A stretch of DNA of 64,000 bases from Okamejei kenojei. Its lineage: Eukaryota. Made by a program: the position numbers and the translations under genes. Positions 1-12,436 of this stretch are shown in pieces; the stretch's first letter is position 1; every line of letters starts with the position of its first letter. The stretch lies in contig CM069131.1 of NCBI GenBank assembly GCA_035221665.1, positions 27,528,001-27,592,000 of the forward strand, written 5' to 3'. The notes under the pieces were generated by a model that saw only the letters and a program-made list of their open reading frames with translations, was not told where the DNA came from and searched no databases.

Positions 1-410
1 GGGATTTTTGCAGGTGTTTTGTTTTAAGTAAATTACTTAGTGCAGTGATTACCTTATTATAGGAAAGAAAACGGCTCAAAGATTGAGGAATGTTGTATAA
101 GCAGCATCCTCTTGCCGGTTCTGCAGCAGAGATGACTGACTTTTCAAAGTCACTCAAGGTCTGTGTCTTTACTCCAAGTTTTTTTTTTTACCATGGGTCA
201 TTTTTGGGCTATCCTGAAGGAAAAATAAATATGGGAGGACAACATAATTAAAATTGAGAACTTGGGTGAATGCCAAAGGTGTTTTTTTTAAATAAAAGGC
301 AACTGTCAGAAACGAGTGAATCAGATTGTGTTTACAAATTCATGTGCTGCCTTGCTTGACGTTTAGTGCCACCACACGTCATTCAGCTGAGGCATAGTTG
401 TCAGCTGTAG

Positions 411-731
411 AGCGGCACGGTGACGTAGCGGTGGAGTTGCTGCCTTAAAGCGCTTGCAGCACCAGAGAGCCGGGCTAGATCCCGACTACGGGTGCTGTCT
501 GTACAGAGTTTGTACGTTCTCCCTGTGACCACGTGGGTTTGCTCCGATTTTCAGTTTCCTCCAACACTCCAAAGACATACAAGTATGTAGGTTAATTGGC
601 TTGGTATAAATGTAAATTGTCCCTATTGTGTGTCAGTTAGTGTTAATGCGCGAGGATCGCTGGTCGGTGCGGACTCGGTGAGCTGAAGCGCCTGTTTCCG
701 CACTATATCTCTGAACTAAATAAAACTAAAC
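411..731 (+). mobile_element. tRNA-derived V-SINE (HE1-like), near full length
   Basis: tRNA-like head with degenerate A/B boxes, V-domain core gagtttgtacgttctcc...gtgggttt...ccaaagac, CR1-like tail gcctgtttcc and (CTAAA)n end. Confidence 0.8.
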
Positions 732-951
732 TGCAATCAATGCATTAGTTTTAGTTGGCACTGTATATATGTTATAACTACATTACACAATTCAACACAA
801 TTACCTTGTTCTAATGTCTTAATTGTTTCATTGGATGCAGGCCATTCTCTAGATCATATCTCTGTTGTATTTATAAATGGTAAATAAAATTCTAATACAA
901 TAATATTTTATTGTTCTGACTTAATGATTAATCTGTATTCCTCTTTTACAG

Positions 952-1013
952 ATTAATATTTTAGATGCAAAAAGAAGCATGAACATTGGAATATTTCTGA
1001 AACAATTCAAAAG
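952..1013 (+). CDS. FHDC1: FHDC1/INF1-family formin, FH2 coding exon A (INILDAKRSMNIGIFLKQFK)
   Basis: Acceptor ctcttttacag at 941-951, donor AG|gtatga. The peptide matches the FH2 motif ILDAKRSMNIGIFLKQFK of FHDC1 as recalled. Ends in phase 2, compatible with exon B. Confidence 0.92.
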
Positions 1014-1723
1014 GTATGACTTTTGAACCTCCACAATTTGTTTTATTTTTTCCTGTGTAGTTTGTACGCTTGTTCATCTGTGACTGTTATTTTGCCACAA
1101 AGGTCTGGTGCAGGGCGTACCAAAGATTTTGCTTAAACTTTGGGAGGTGTGTATTGGAAGAAATACTCTTATTTTTGTTTTGCACATACCAGTGATTTTA
1201 ATATCATTTTGAAAGATCTGAAATCGCAGAAAAGTCAATTTTTAGGGATCATCTTACGAAACTAGAGGAATATTGTTGCAAGTTAATATCCTTGTGCCCC
1301 AGAGCAACAAATTAATGCTTTGATCTAAGTTTAAAACTCACTACCTATAATGCTGTAAAAGACTTAAGCACATTTCCCTGTAATCATTGACATCTACAAC
1401 AGTATCATCTGGATATATCATCCTTTTCAGTCGTATCAGTCAATTCAGCCACGGTGCTGAATGTTGCCATTTGATCACCTGCAATTATCTTGGCTTACCT
1501 GAAGCCCCGGAACTATCATTTGAAACTTGCTGATAGCCTACAGCTACCAGTTCCTAAGCTCTGGTCATCTTCAGTATTACACCTAGTTCATCTTTACCTG
1601 GGAGATCTGTCTTACATAGTGAATCCATGACATCCATTTACTCCACACCAACTAGCAAACAAACATACCTGAATGGTTTTCGAGTGAAGCTCTCGTTTGG
1701 CCTTTTAAAGTTGTTTTGACACC

Positions 1724-2378
1724 CAAAGGTTTCAAAGGTCTTTTATTGTCACATGTACCAATTAAGGTACAATGATATGCAAATTACCATACAGTCATTA
1801 TGAAAAAAAAAGCAACAAGACACACAACTACATAAAAATGAGCATAAACATCCACCGCAGTGGATTCCCCACATTCCTCACTGTGATGGAAGGCAAAAGA
1901 GTCCAATCTTCTTCCTCTTTATTCTCCCGCGGTCGGGGCAGTCGAACCATCCGCATTCGGGGCGATCGAAGCTCCTGCATCGGGGCGGTCAAAACTCCTG
2001 CAATCTGTCTCTTACCAGAGATTGCGAGCTCCGTGATGTTAAGTCCACAGGCAACCGTGGTTGGATCTCCGAGGACGATCCCTGGCAAAGGGTTTGCGGG
2101 CTCCACGATGGTAAGTCCTCCAGGCACTCTCGATGGAGCTCTCGAAATCGGTCTGCAGCTAAGGCCGCCAACCCCTCGATGTTAGGCCGCAGTGCGGACG
2201 GAGTTAAAATTGCATCTCCGTCGAGGTAAGAGATTGGAAAAAGTTTCCCCCACCCTCCCACCCCCCACATAAAACAAGCTAAAGAACACTAAAAACATAT
2301 ATTTAACACATGCTATTTAAACAACAAGAAGGAAGGGACAGACAGACTATTGGCGAGGTAGCCATTGCTGGCGCCACT
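1724..2378 (-). mobile_element. GC-rich hairpin-bearing non-autonomous retroposon, copy 1
   Basis: Homologous to 10510-11222 and 39621-40004 in the head, G-run, ctgcggcct block and ccatcacagtg hairpin. Ends in gacaataaa plus a short repeat. Confidence 0.65.
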
Positions 2379-2749
2379 CCCTTCCTATCGTGCCATTCCT
2401 ATCCATCCACGTGCTCACAGAATCACTTTGGTTGTTGGTTCAGGAAGGGCTCCAAGTTAAATTTCTGATCGTCATGTCCTCTAGATACCACCATTTCTAA
2501 GCTCTCTAAGGTCGCACCATTTCCTATGTCTAACTGTGGAACTCTTCAAAGATGTGTGCTCTCCCGGTTTTGCCTTTTTACTGATGATTAATTTTCATTG
2601 TTATGTCAAAGGCTTTACTTCCATTTGACTAGTAGATAAGTTCTTGAAATTCCTTACTTGAATCTCTTTGCTTCTCCACCATTCTCCTCTAAAATATTCC
2701 TAAAAATAAGGTTAGTTAAAGAGATAATCCCATAGCTTTTTTGGATTTT

Positions 2750-3050
2750 GTCATGATATGGAAGGGGGCCATTTGACCCATCAAGTCTACGCCATCTCTC
2801 AGAGTTCCCCTTTCTCGGGATCCTGTTCTCCCTCACATGCTTTATAAATTTTACTCTGATCCTCCTATCCCTCACCTATGCCAGGGCAATTCTTAGTAAC
2901 ATTCAAGCATTTCCGTTGGATGTGAGAGGAAATCTGAGCCACCTGGCGTGATGCACACGGTCAAAAGGAAAACAAAGGTCCGAACTTCCCACGAGCAGCA
3001 TGCAAGGTCAGGACTGAATCTGGGCCACTGGAGCTGTGCGGTAGCAGTGT
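2750..3050 (-). mobile_element. Diverged V-SINE
   Basis: Reverse-complement similarity to 411-731 in the head, core and tail. Confidence 0.55.
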
Positions 3051-3518
3051 GAGCGGATGTGTCGTTGCATCTGTACACGTTGCATCCTTTCCCGATCCAG
3101 AAACTGAGCACAGAATTCCACTGCGGTGTGATGGGTGTGCCACATTTTTGGTGGTGCCATCTTTCAGCTGGGATGTTATCGCCAGATCCTGTCATCTCGC
3201 TGAATGTAAACAATCCTGTGGTGCCCTTTCCAAGAAGAGTTTTCCCTCGTGTCTCGGCCAGTGTACATTCCCTCAAGCAATATTTCCTGAAAGGAATCGC
3301 CTTGTTTTGACTTGTACAGCAAGTTCCTATGAACAGCACAAATAGGATAATGCGATTCTTGCCTTGCTGCGGAGATGATATTTCAAAAAACCTTCATTGG
3401 GTTCAAAGAAATCCTGGGGTATGAAAGCCACCATATAAAGTAACACATTCTTTCTCAAATAGCTTATACTGACGTTTTTGTCTGAAAATCTTCTGCGAAA
3501 CACATTCATAATTCTTTA

Positions 3519-3620
3519 CACCAGTCTGAAGAAGGGTCTCGACCCGAAACGTCGCCTATCTCCTTCGCTCCTTAGATGCTGCTGCACCCGCTGAGTTTCC
3601 CCAGCTTTTTGCGTACCCAC
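3519..3620 (+). mobile_element. Penelope-like terminal fragment (hammerhead plus tail) with TSD
   Basis: Flanked by the direct repeat aattcttta (3510-3518 and 3621-3629). Same sequence as the ends of the PLE remnants at 43205 and 50700. Confidence 0.75.
3526..3553 (+). ncRNA. Minimal hammerhead ribozyme motif (PLE type)
   Basis: CUGAAGA-A-GGGU(CUCG)ACCC-GAAAC-GUC: both conserved catalytic boxes, stem II, and palindromic ACGU before a GUC cleavage triplet. Helix I pairing is weak in this copy. Confidence 0.65.
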
Positions 3621-4933
3621 AATTCTTTATAGGTCTGATTGCTGATGCATTGGAAATCAAGCTTAACCTTAAAAACGTTTTGATTCCATGTAAGGTTAGT
3701 AGTGTCTTCCAAAGGTCACACTTGGTCCTATGCTCTTTGAGCCAGCATTGGGAAGGTTATGGCGGGGAAATAAAAATAAATGGGTAATGATCAGTATGAC
3801 AGCTAAATAAAGAACAGTAACTTCACATACAACCTCCTCCATTTGTCCTGTACTGCAAAGTACCAGATTTGAAGAACCCTTGAACTTTGTAATTACTGTT
3901 TTTTGGCTCTGTTCGCAATATTTCATCATGGATGTAATCCAGAAGCCTCCTGTCACAACCCCATGACTTAATCACCATTATAACAAATAATATTTTAAAA
4001 TCCCATGGTGCAGTGTCAAGGAGCAAGAATATTTCACTTTAGTAAAGGTCACCAGGAGTGAGAGCAAACGAACCAAAAAAACTGCAATCTGTCGAAATAA
4101 AAAACTATTATTTAAAAAGAGTTTAAAGAATTCTATGCATTCTTTGCACCAATGGACTGTGACTTGGAAACTTCCACAGAGCATCGTAATTAAGGCATAA
4201 TGGCAACTGGGAAAGGCAAAAAAGAAAATAAAGGATGTGACCTAAACAAGAACTGTAAATTTATCATGGTTCAAACTTGCCTTTTACTCAAAGTTTAACA
4301 AAAAGATCAACAGCTCTTGTTTCAAAATCTGAGATTTGTCAAATCCTATCCACTGTTTAAGATTTACTGTGTAATCCGTTTATTGGGGCCTCGATGGGAG
4401 AGTTGTGCTGGTGCAGCCACAAGGTGAATGTAAGATTCTCTGCCCAGCCGTCTGGCAGAGCATCTGAATTTAACCGTTGTGACATGTCTTTCTTGCTTGA
4501 GATTCTTTATCTGAAAATGTTACTGTACACACTCGGGTAGTGATTAATTAATCAAACTGACAAAGATCGTCTCAACAGAGAATCTTAGAAGAGATTTAAA
4601 CTGAGAGTTCATTGTCTTTCATCTTCCCTTGCTGTTGGTGCATGTGGTCTGTCTAGTAACCAAGAATTCTCTCAGTTTCCTCTCCTGTCCATCAGCTATT
4701 CCTGTGTTTGTATTCTTCCCACAATTCCTGATGCGTAGTTTATGTCCTGATTGTGATCCCAGAATTTAAGAGATGATAACTTCGGAGAAGATGTTTCCAA
4801 GGCAGCTGCTTTAATCTGCAGAGGTCACGGTTGCAGACATTTATTGTTGTAATCAATAACGTGAAGTCAATATATTCACCATCATATTTATGGCAAGGTT
4901 TAAAGGATGCTACCTTTTTAAGGATACTGTAAT

Positions 4934-4954
4934 CCCCCCCCCCCCCCCCCCCCC
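4934..4954. repeat. poly-C run (21 nt)
   Basis: Direct reading. Confidence 0.95.
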
Positions 4955-5854
4955 AAATCTTAAAATTAACTTTGTTGCTTCTAAAGTTAGATACATTGGA
5001 TGTATTGCATCTGTTGGCATTGGGTGCACTGGAGTTGAGGTAAAAGTGACTATTCACGTTATTCCCTTCATCATATATCTGTACCCTGTGATGGCTCGAT
5101 TGTAATTGCGTATTGTCTCCCTGCTGACTGCAACAAAAGCTTTTCACTGTACCTCAGTACAAGTGACAATAAACTAAACTAATCCTTGACATCAAGCCAA
5201 ACGTGGCATCAAGAATCACTGGAAAATGGGCATAAATGGGAAAGCAAATCAATAATTTCTGTTCAGTGTTCAATTTAATTCACAGATCAGTCTTAATGAC
5301 GAAGGGTCCTGACACGAAATGTCAATTGTCCGTTTCCCACCACAGTTGCTGCCTGACCTGCTGAGTTAATGTCATAAGGAATAGGAGTAGAATTAGGCCA
5401 TTTGCCCATCAAGTCTACTCCGCAATTCACTTTTGGCTGATCTATCTCTTGCTCCTAACCCCATTCTCCTGCCTTCTCCCCATAACCTCTGACACCCGTA
5501 CTAATCAAGAAGCTATCTATCTTGTAGATCTATCTCGTTCCTCTAGTAGATTGTTTTTTGCTCAGGATGCCAGCATCTGCAATTGCTTGTGCCTATCCGG
5601 TGAAGCTTACCTTCACCGAGTCCCCTCACTTTCAACACTTTCACCCTGAACCTACATTTGTGCCATTTACAAATACTGACATTTAGTCTGAAGAAGGGTC
5701 GTTAAGTGATGCTTAGGTCAAAACCCTAGATCACCTTACACAGCAGCATCCTACAGAAAGATTGTAGTGGTTGAAGAAAGTGATTCACCAGTAACCTTTG
5801 AAGGCCATTTGGAGATGGATAATTAATGGCTGGCATGGTCATCAATTGCCACAA

Positions 5855-6635
5855 ACAGGTGTCGCATTTTGGGATGTCTACCAGGGCAGGACCTGCACAG
5901 TGAATGGTAGATCTCTGGGGAATGTTGTAGAGCAGAGGGATCTAGGAATGCAGGTGCATGGTTCCTGGAAGGTGGAGTCGCAGGTAGATAAGGGGGTCAA
6001 AAAAGCTTTTGGCACATAGGCCTTCATCGGTCAGAGTTTTGTGTATAGAACTTGGGAGGTCATGTTCCAGTTGAATAAGACGTTGGTGAGGCTGCATTTA
6101 GAGTATTGTGTTCAGTTCTGGGCACCATGTTATAGGAAAGATATTGTCGAGTTTGAAAGGGCTCAGAGAAGATTTACGAGGATGTTGCCAGTACTAGAGG
6201 GTCTAAGCTACAGGAAGAGGTTAAGTAGGCTGGGTCTCTATTCCTTGCAGCGCAGGAGGATGAGGGGTGATCTTATGGAGGTGTATGAAATCATGAGAAG
6301 AATAGATCGGGTAGATGCTCAGAATCTCTTGCCCAGAGTAGAGTAATTGAGGACCAGAGGTTCAAAGTGAAGGGGAAAAGTTTAATAGGAATCTGAGGGG
6401 TAACTTTTTCACACAATGGAGGTGGGTGTACGGAACAAACAGCCAGAGGAGATAGTTGAGGCTGGGACTATCCCATTGTTTAAGAAACAGTTAGACAGGT
6501 ACATGAATAGGACAGGTTTGGAGGGATATGGACCAAGCGCAGGGATGTGGGACTAGTGTAACTAGGACATGTATCCGGTGTGGGCAAGTTGGGCCGAAGG
6601 GCCTGTTTCCACACTGTATCACTCTGACTCTTTGA
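5855..6635 (+). mobile_element. CR1-clade LINE (HER1-like) 3' fragment
   Basis: ORF 6041..6346 has LVRLHLEYCVQFWAP...RRMRGDL, the CR1 RT C-terminus; 3' tail ends actctgactct. Confidence 0.9.
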
Positions 6636-6656
6636 CACTAAACAATCAGGATTAGG

Positions 6657-6933
6657 NNNNNNNNNNNNNNNNNNNNNNNNNNNNNNNNNNNNNNNNNNNN
6701 NNNNNNNNNNNNNNNNNNNNNNNNNNNNNNNNNNNNNNNNNNNNNNNNNNNNNNNNNNNNNNNNNNNNNNNNNNNNNNNNNNNNNNNNNNNNNNNNNNNN
6801 NNNNNNNNNNNNNNNNNNNNNNNNNNNNNNNNNNNNNNNNNNNNNNNNNNNNNNNNNNNNNNNNNNNNNNNNNNNNNNNNNNNNNNNNNNNNNNNNNNNN
6901 NNNNNNNNNNNNNNNNNNNNNNNNNNNNNNNNN
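6657..6933. other. Assembly gap (277 N)
   Basis: N run. Confidence 1.
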
Positions 6934-8095
6934 ATTTCAATTTCAGTTAAACTTTATTGGCATGATAAAATACATCATTATATTGCCAAAGTATAAAACA
7001 TGACAAACATATTTAAAATGCATATGTATAAATACAAGTATACAGTGCATGAATAGATATGTCCATGTATATAAACTCGCAATAGACCTATAGCCTTTTA
7101 TTGGTTGCTACACGTTCTTGCAGCTGTAAGCAGTACAAGAGAATAGCAAGTTTAGTAATTCAATATTAATTTCCTAGTGTCAGTTAATGTCAGTTAGTGT
7201 GTGCGTGCATATGTGCATATTGGTCATTCACTGTCTCTCAGGTTATGGCATGCTGTTACGTATTGTGCACCAAGATGTGCCGTATTTCCTTCACCAAGAA
7301 TTATTCTTAGTTTTGATGTATCTAGAGGGGAGGAGAGCTCTTCAGCGCGTTGTCCACAGAGCGCAACAGATTATTGGGTCACCGCTACCAGCCTTGGAGG
7401 GCATCTACCACACACGGTGCCTCAGGAAGGCCGTCAGCAAACATAAAGACTCCTCTCACTCTTGTAATGGACTGTTCGAACTACTCCCTTCCGGCAGACG
7501 TTACAAGGCCTTCTACGCCCGCACCACCCCAGACTCAGGAACAGCTTCATTCCCAGAGCTATAGCGGCTCTGAACCGGCCCTGCTGAGTACCCCCACCCC
7601 ACCTCCCCACCCCCGTGGACTGTCTACCCCGGCCTCGCATTTTAGTCGGTGTTGATCTTACTGGTTTAACCCATTTTTACAAACCTTGTTCTCAGGGTAT
7701 TTAAACCAAAATTTTATTTGTCGATTAAGTTATGACATCGGATGGAAGTTGCAAACCAAATTTCGTTGCACTTATGTGTAATGACAATAAAAGATATTAT
7801 TATTATTATCTAGTTCTTTAAAATCAGGGGTTGCCAGACTGAGTTTGTCAAGGTATGTTTTTCTTGTTTTGTCAAATTTTTTGCATTTTCGGAGGAAGTG
7901 CACCTCTGTTTCAACCTCATCTGTCAAACAGTGGCCGCATATTCTATTTTCTCTTGTTTGCCAGAATCTCTTCTGTCTTCCTTTGTCAACTGCCAAATAG
8001 TGGTCACTTAACCTGTATTTGGTGAGGGTCCGTATCTAACAGTTGCGAGATAGTCTGCCAATTTATAATCTCTTTTTAGGGCACGGTAACATTCT
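6934..8095 (-). mobile_element. RTEX-like LINE 3' end with C-terminal CCHC motif, interrupted by a Rex1 insertion
   Basis: Minus-strand peptide LTKYRLSDHYLAVDKGR...RICGHC...ETEVHFLRKC. The frame resumes across the insertion (KELD|TSKLRIILGEG...ACHNLR). Ends aataaa then TGAAAT repeats at the gap edge. Confidence 0.6.
7326..7806 (+). mobile_element. Rex1/Babar LINE 3' fragment with 7-bp TSD
   Basis: ALQRVVHRAQQIIG...LFELLPSGRRY peptide, (TAT)n tail, TSD tatctag at 7319-7325 and 7807-7813. Confidence 0.8.
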
Positions 8096-8416
8096 NNNNN
8101 NNNNNNNNNNNNNNNNNNNNNNNNNNNNNNNNNNNNNNNNNNNNNNNNNNNNNNNNNNNNNNNNNNNNNNNNNNNNNNNNNNNNNNNNNNNNNNNNNNNN
8201 NNNNNNNNNNNNNNNNNNNNNNNNNNNNNNNNNNNNNNNNNNNNNNNNNNNNNNNNNNNNNNNNNNNNNNNNNNNNNNNNNNNNNNNNNNNNNNNNNNNN
8301 NNNNNNNNNNNNNNNNNNNNNNNNNNNNNNNNNNNNNNNNNNNNNNNNNNNNNNNNNNNNNNNNNNNNNNNNNNNNNNNNNNNNNNNNNNNNNNNNNNNN
8401 NNNNNNNNNNNNNNNN
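8096..8416. other. Assembly gap (321 N)
   Basis: N run. Confidence 1.
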
Positions 8417-9714
8417 CCCCCCCCAATATTTGTAGTCCTTACAACAAGTAGGCTGGAGCTATATCAGTAGGGGAAAAACAGGAACGGGGAACTGATTTTA
8501 GATGATCATATGGAATGGCGATGCTGGCTTGAAGGGCCAAATGGGTTACCCCTGCACCTATTTTGTTATGTTTCTAAGCAGTGCTTCGTGAATTATTTAT
8601 TCTTGCCTCATGCTTGTGTGAACAATGGGCCATATCTCTCCATGAATTTGCTATCTTCATTCAGTGGAAGCATCAGGACAACTCTAATATCAGCAAACTG
8701 GTTGTAAGAGGTAATTATCAACGTGCCCTCTTAATGCCTCTCTGTATGGCGAATATCCAGGCTTATGTGTTAAAACTGTAAGCAGGAACCAAGGACTCAA
8801 GGGCCCAATTTCTAGTTCTGCAAATGTTTAATGAGTCATTTCCCAAGCTGCTTATGATCCCATAGCTTAATTAACTGCAATAAATAATCCACACAGAAAT
8901 ATATAATGTACTGTTTTGGCTTCAGAGTAATAAATATGTTGTGTTTCTGATGAGTGATTAGTCATCTTTTACCTTCCAAAAATCCTCAATTTCAAAATCC
9001 ATTCCTATTAACATATGGCTGTTACAGAACCTTTTCCATTTAATAGTCTGTTAAAACGTCAGATCCTTTTAGAAAATAATAATTTAAACATGAGCAGTAC
9101 AACTTCCTATTGTAATATGTTTTGGTGCCTAGAGGTGGAAAAAATAAGATAGTGCCCATCTCCTATACAACAATATGAGTTACTGTTTCCAGGATCACCT
9201 ATCTGCACTGTAGTTGTGAGAAGAAAATAATGCAACAGGGTTCTAATTGTAGAAAACACTAACACAGGCTTGAGCATCTTTCCCAACCGAGTTAAAAGTT
9301 AGTTGTGATGAATTTGCCAAGTAATTTTGGGCGCAATTTCCCCAGCGAAAGCTCCAAAATAAACAAGAAAATTATTGACTTGTCAACCAACAAAACAAGA
9401 CTGACGTGTAAATCGTGCGCATTCAATTTTGTTGGTCTTTCAATATTGATCCAGTTTAGCACAATTCAATAAATAATATATTGGGAATCACATATGGAAC
9501 TCATTAGATTAACTGCCAAAGCTTCAGCGACTCAATTGATTGGTTTGTGTTGCAGCTGTGCAATAGGGAAACTAATATCTCCTTGCATAACAGTTAATTC
9601 CGGGCCTCGCCTCTGCAGGGTAACTCCTGGTTTTCCCCGGTTGTCCGCTGGTTTGGCTGCACTGAAGTCAAACAAAACTGACGTGATCATTTGTGCCACT
9701 AATCCTGTGAATTT

Positions 9715-10050
9715 GTGGCAGTGGTAGCTCTCATGCCTTTGATTCAGAAAGTTCTAGTTCAAGCCCAGCTTGAAATGTGACTGCAAAGATTTAGGACTAT
9801 GTTCAAGTGCTGAACTGGAGGAGATCCGCATTTTCAGTGTGTTGTATTTTGGATGCAATGGCAGGCTAAATTCCAGTGCTTCAAATTTAAAAGATTTTGT
9901 GGCTTTTTTTGTAATGGTTTGTCAGAATCATTATTTACAATAATAGCACAGAAAGATGAACAAGAATTTTGTTACTGCTCATAAATAAGCCTTTGCTGCC
10001 AAGTAGAAATTGGCTGCCAGGTTCTCTACTGAATGATAATACAAAATTTA
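9715..10050 (+). mobile_element. Ancient tRNA/Deu-domain SINE (SacSINE1-like), heavily decayed
   Basis: tRNA-like head (gtggtagc...gttcaagccc) followed by Deu-like blocks recalled from memory. Related pieces near 16130-16260 (-), 16660-16830 (+) and 31540-31720 (-). Confidence 0.4.
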
Positions 10051-10509
10051 TGGATTGATAAGAAGATGGCATAAAGACAGGAAAGCCATCACTCTTGGCC
10101 AGCCTGTTCCAGTTCCTTCCAACACTGTTCCATTTACAGTTGTGCTACTTGTATGTGGTTTGTAGTATGATCTCTGAATGTATTGAACCACATGGGTCAG
10201 AAAATGTTGTTAGGCCAACCAATTCCACCTGGTATGTTAGCTGCAGCGTTACCTGATAAGTAAGAGAAAACCTCGTCAACATTCTGCTTGGTATTGTAAT
10301 TTGTGGGTTATCAGTTGCCGTACAATATTTGATGAGAGTATCAATACATTTTATTTCCCAGCATAACTAGGCAGATTCTCGTGTGTGTGTGTGTGTGTGG
10401 TGATGAATGCTATATTGTATTGAATTAGAGTGTTTCATCTGCAGTCCAATGGATTAAATCATAAAATGGAGACAACAAAACACTTCACTTGCTTCCATAT
10501 TGACCACCA

Positions 10510-11222
10510 GGGGCACCGCACGATTGGCAGCCCCGCCAACAGTCTGTTTTTTCGTTTATAAAAAAAAATGTTTAGTGAGTGTTAAAAGTTAGTGTAAATG
10601 TTGTTAGGTTTGTTTTATATGGGGGGAGCGGTCGGGGAAACTTTTTTTTCAGTTTCTTACTTTGCACGAGATACGATTAATTTTCGGATCGCATTCTCTG
10701 GTCGCTCTGCGGCCTACCATCGATGGAGCTGGAGGCCTCCTCGGACTGACCTTGGGGCCCCACCGCGGGGCGTGGACTTACATCGGAGTCGATCCCTTGC
10801 TTGGGATTGCTCCAACCACGGCCTGCGGACTTTACATCGGGAGCTCGCAGTCTCGGGAGAGGCTGTGGATGTCGGGAGCTCCAACCAGGTTCGACCAGCC
10901 CTGACGCGGGGCTGACATCCCCCGATGCAGGAGCAGATCGCCTCGACGTGGAGGGCCTGCCACCGGCTACGGGAGTCAAGATCATCCCGTCAATGGAGGG
11001 AACGAGGCCCCCGACCACGGGAGAGCAAAGGCAAGAGATTGAACTTTTTTTCGCCTTCCATCACAGTGAGGAATGTGGAGGAGTCACTGTGATGGATGTT
11101 TATGTTAAAATGTGTTTTGTGTGTTCCGTTGCTATTTATTTGTGTGACTGACTTGCCAAATGAAATTCCTCGTATGTTGCAAAACCTACTTGGCTAATAA
11201 AGTATTATGTGATTGATTGATT
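10510..11222 (+). mobile_element. GC-rich hairpin-bearing non-autonomous retroposon, copy 2 (Rex1-like tail)
   Basis: 12-bp stem at 11058-11069 / 11084-11095; tail aaattcctcgtatgt...cttggctaataaa then (TGAT)n. Confidence 0.7.
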
Positions 11223-11479
11223 TATTTCCCTTCATTAATTTGTTATTTGTAGAAGATGCTTTGGCAATGATTCCAGGTGCTATTTACTCTTCAGTCTATT
11301 GCACAAGCAAGTTTTCTTTGTAGGCCGGGTTAAGATATTTTTTGGCAAGTTTCTCAAGTGTGAGCTCATTTTTTTATGACCTCTTATTGTCCATGAACTC
11401 TGCCCTTCTCTGGTTCGCCTTATCTTCGGCGTGACTCACTTGTAACATGCAAACTATATTATTGCAAATATTACACTGA

Positions 11480-11697
11480 TGTGGTGGATGTATGGAACAA
11501 GCTGCCAGAGGAGGTAGTTGAGGCTGGGACTATCCCAACGTTTAAGATACAGTTAGACAGGTCCATGAATAGAACAACCTTAGAGGGATATGGACCAAGT
11601 GCAGGGAGGTGGAACGAGTGTAGCTGGGACATGTTTGCCGGTGTAGGCAAGTTGGGCCGAAGGGCCTGTTTTCACACTGTTATCACTCTATGACTTT
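11480..11697 (+). mobile_element. CR1 3' end
   Basis: VVDVWNKLPEEVVEAG peptide; close match to 6420-6630. Confidence 0.85.
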
Positions 11698-12436
11698 ATA
11701 TATTCAACCATCTAACAATAGAAGTGACTAGTCGGGTACCGCAAGGCTCGGTGCTGGGTCTACAGCTATTTACGATATATATTAATGATTTAGATGAAGG
11801 GATTACAAGTAACATTAACAAATTTGCAGATGACGCAAAGCTGTGGCAGTGTGAACTGTGAGGAGGATGCTATGAGAATGCAGGGTGACTTGGACGGGTT
11901 GTGTGAGTGGACAGATGGGTCCTTGTTCATCAGTCAATGAAAGTAAGCATGCAGGTACAGCAGGCAGTGAAGAAAGCAAATGGCATGTTGGCCGTCATAA
12001 CAAGAGGAGTTGAGTATAGGGGCAAAGAGGTTCTTCTGCAGTTGTACAGGCCCTAGTGAGACCACACCTGGAGTATTGTGTGCAGTTTTGATCTCCAAAT
12101 TTGAGGAAGGACATTCTTGCTATTGAGGAAGTGAAGCATAGGTTCACAAGGTTAATTCCCGGGATGGCGGGAATGTCATATGTTGAGAGAATGGAGCGGA
12201 TGGGCTTGTATACTCTGGAATTTAGACAAATGAGCAGGGATCTTATTGAAACATATAAGATTATTAAGGGTTTAGACACACTAGAGGCAGGAAACATATT
12301 CCCTATGTTGGGGGAGTCCAGAACCAGGGGCCACAGTTTAAGAATAGGGGTTAAGCCATTTAGAACTGAGATGAGGAAATACCTTTTCACGCAGAGAGTT
12401 GTGTCTATGGAATTCTCTGCACATGAGGGCGGTGGA

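Noticed and set aside
411-490. tRNA-like sequence
   Set aside because: SINE head followed by the V-domain core; no intact cloverleaf.
6638-8435. ORFs made of X residues
   Set aside because: They run through assembly gaps.
10503-10517. CTCF-like accaccaggggcacc
   Set aside because: One G short of the consensus spacing, and it straddles a repeat boundary.
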